Shown here: positions 63,201 through 64,000 of the stretch, one piece after another
Position numbering within the stretch: position 1 is the stretch's first letter
Layout of the letters: the number at the start of each line of letters is the position of its first letter
Assembly (NCBI GenBank): GCA_051362555.1
Contig: CM120644.1
Coordinates: 24,140,534 to 24,204,533, forward strand
Direction: 5' to 3'
Length of the DNA stretch: 64,000 nt
Source of the DNA: Lingula anatina
Lineage: Eukaryota; Animalia; Brachiopoda
Notes under the pieces: generated by a model
Database searches by the model: none
What the model was told of the DNA's origin: nothing
Seen by the model: only the letters and a program-made list of their open reading frames with translations
Made by a program: the position numbers and the translations under genes

Positions 63201-63874
63201 GTTTTTTTGTCTATTGGACATAAATAAGGAGGGGGGGGGGGTTCGGGACAGGAGAAAGTGACTATTTGACCAAAAATAGCATCTATCTACAAAATATGTA
63301 TAAAAAAAAATTGTGACTAAAATACTGGACTTAAAAGGACCAAAATGGCTGATGTGAGAGGAAAATAACTCGGGCTAAATTCACTTTTCCTAAATATAGG
63401 TCTACACACCTAACAAAACCTGCTATATCATATCTGGGAAAGACGGTGCGCGGTAGACCTTTACTTAAATATAGCAAAAAAAAAGGGAATCGAGGAAAAC
63501 CCAGGTGTAAATCTTTATTCGCTGATACCACACCCATAAGCGTGGTGCAAATTGTTAAACAGAAACTTTTTTTTTAAATTTCTCCAATTTCTAATTCTCT
63601 CTTTGAAATTCACCATGTCTCAAACTTCAAATTGAAAAAAAAAAGTGAAAGCTTCAAAAGGTCTACTACGCACTGTGTCCCTGTCACCTGTGTTTGCCTT
63701 GCTCTCACCCCGACACCTTTCCAGCTCTCCTATGGGGGCCTTGGTCAACGTATTCTCCCTGCTCGGCAACCTGCGGCGTTGGGATGCACTTCCGGCAGCG
63801 AAAATGCCCGATAGATGGCGGTTGCCCCATGGGGTCTGCTGTTGAACAGATGCAGTGTTATGCCGGAGATTGTC
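54407..63874 (+). CDS. 3'-partial secreted thrombospondin type-1 (TSR) repeat protein; exons 54407-~54617, 57657-57797, 60044-60205, 60866-61015, 61456-61605, 61882-62031, 62479-62628, 63725-63874
   Basis: Kozak accATG, signal peptide [20 protein letters not shown], then eight WxxW..CSxxCGxG...RxRxC repeats, one per exon. Internal exons are phase 1-1. The first donor is uncertain (54614 vs 54618). Confidence 0.9.
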
Positions 63875-64000
63875 GTACGTAATTCCACTTAGAACCCCAC
63901 TGCATCAGTTGTGTTGTGCGTTCTAGGACCCATGTAGCAACTGCATACAAAAAAAAAAGGAAAACAATTAACCTAAGCGTTTTCACTGCAAGCTTTTAAT

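Overview
AT-rich, intron-rich animal genomic DNA, probably a marine invertebrate such as a lophotrochozoan (inferred from gene content only). No rRNA, tRNA or CRISPR features are supportable. Genes, left to right: (1) the 3' end of a large uncharacterised gene with a 2.9-kb exon (basic coiled-coil hairpin with a 10-Cys tip, RKRR site, acidic region, Ig domain) and a final chitin-binding CBM14 exon; (2) two copies of a ~5-kb duplicated block, each with a two-exon UDP-glycosyltransferase lacking the usual catalytic His/Asp, head-to-head with a small secreted Cys-rich peptide gene that is intact only in copy B; (3) between the copies, a truncated TRIM pseudogene, an orphan SMARCD/BAF60 exon relic, a TRIM-NHL gene with a single coding exon, and non-autonomous DNA transposons (Harbinger-like, Ginger-like); (4) a five-exon M-Ras gene whose exon 3 has been partly duplicated at both ends, giving an array of ten extra splice donors and a candidate 34-nt alternative exon; (5) a Reeler-domain gene with duplicated terminal exons, one open in two frames; (6) a secreted thrombospondin type-1 repeat gene running off the right edge. 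All exon models were assembled by eye from splice signals and phase and need RNA-seq confirmation.
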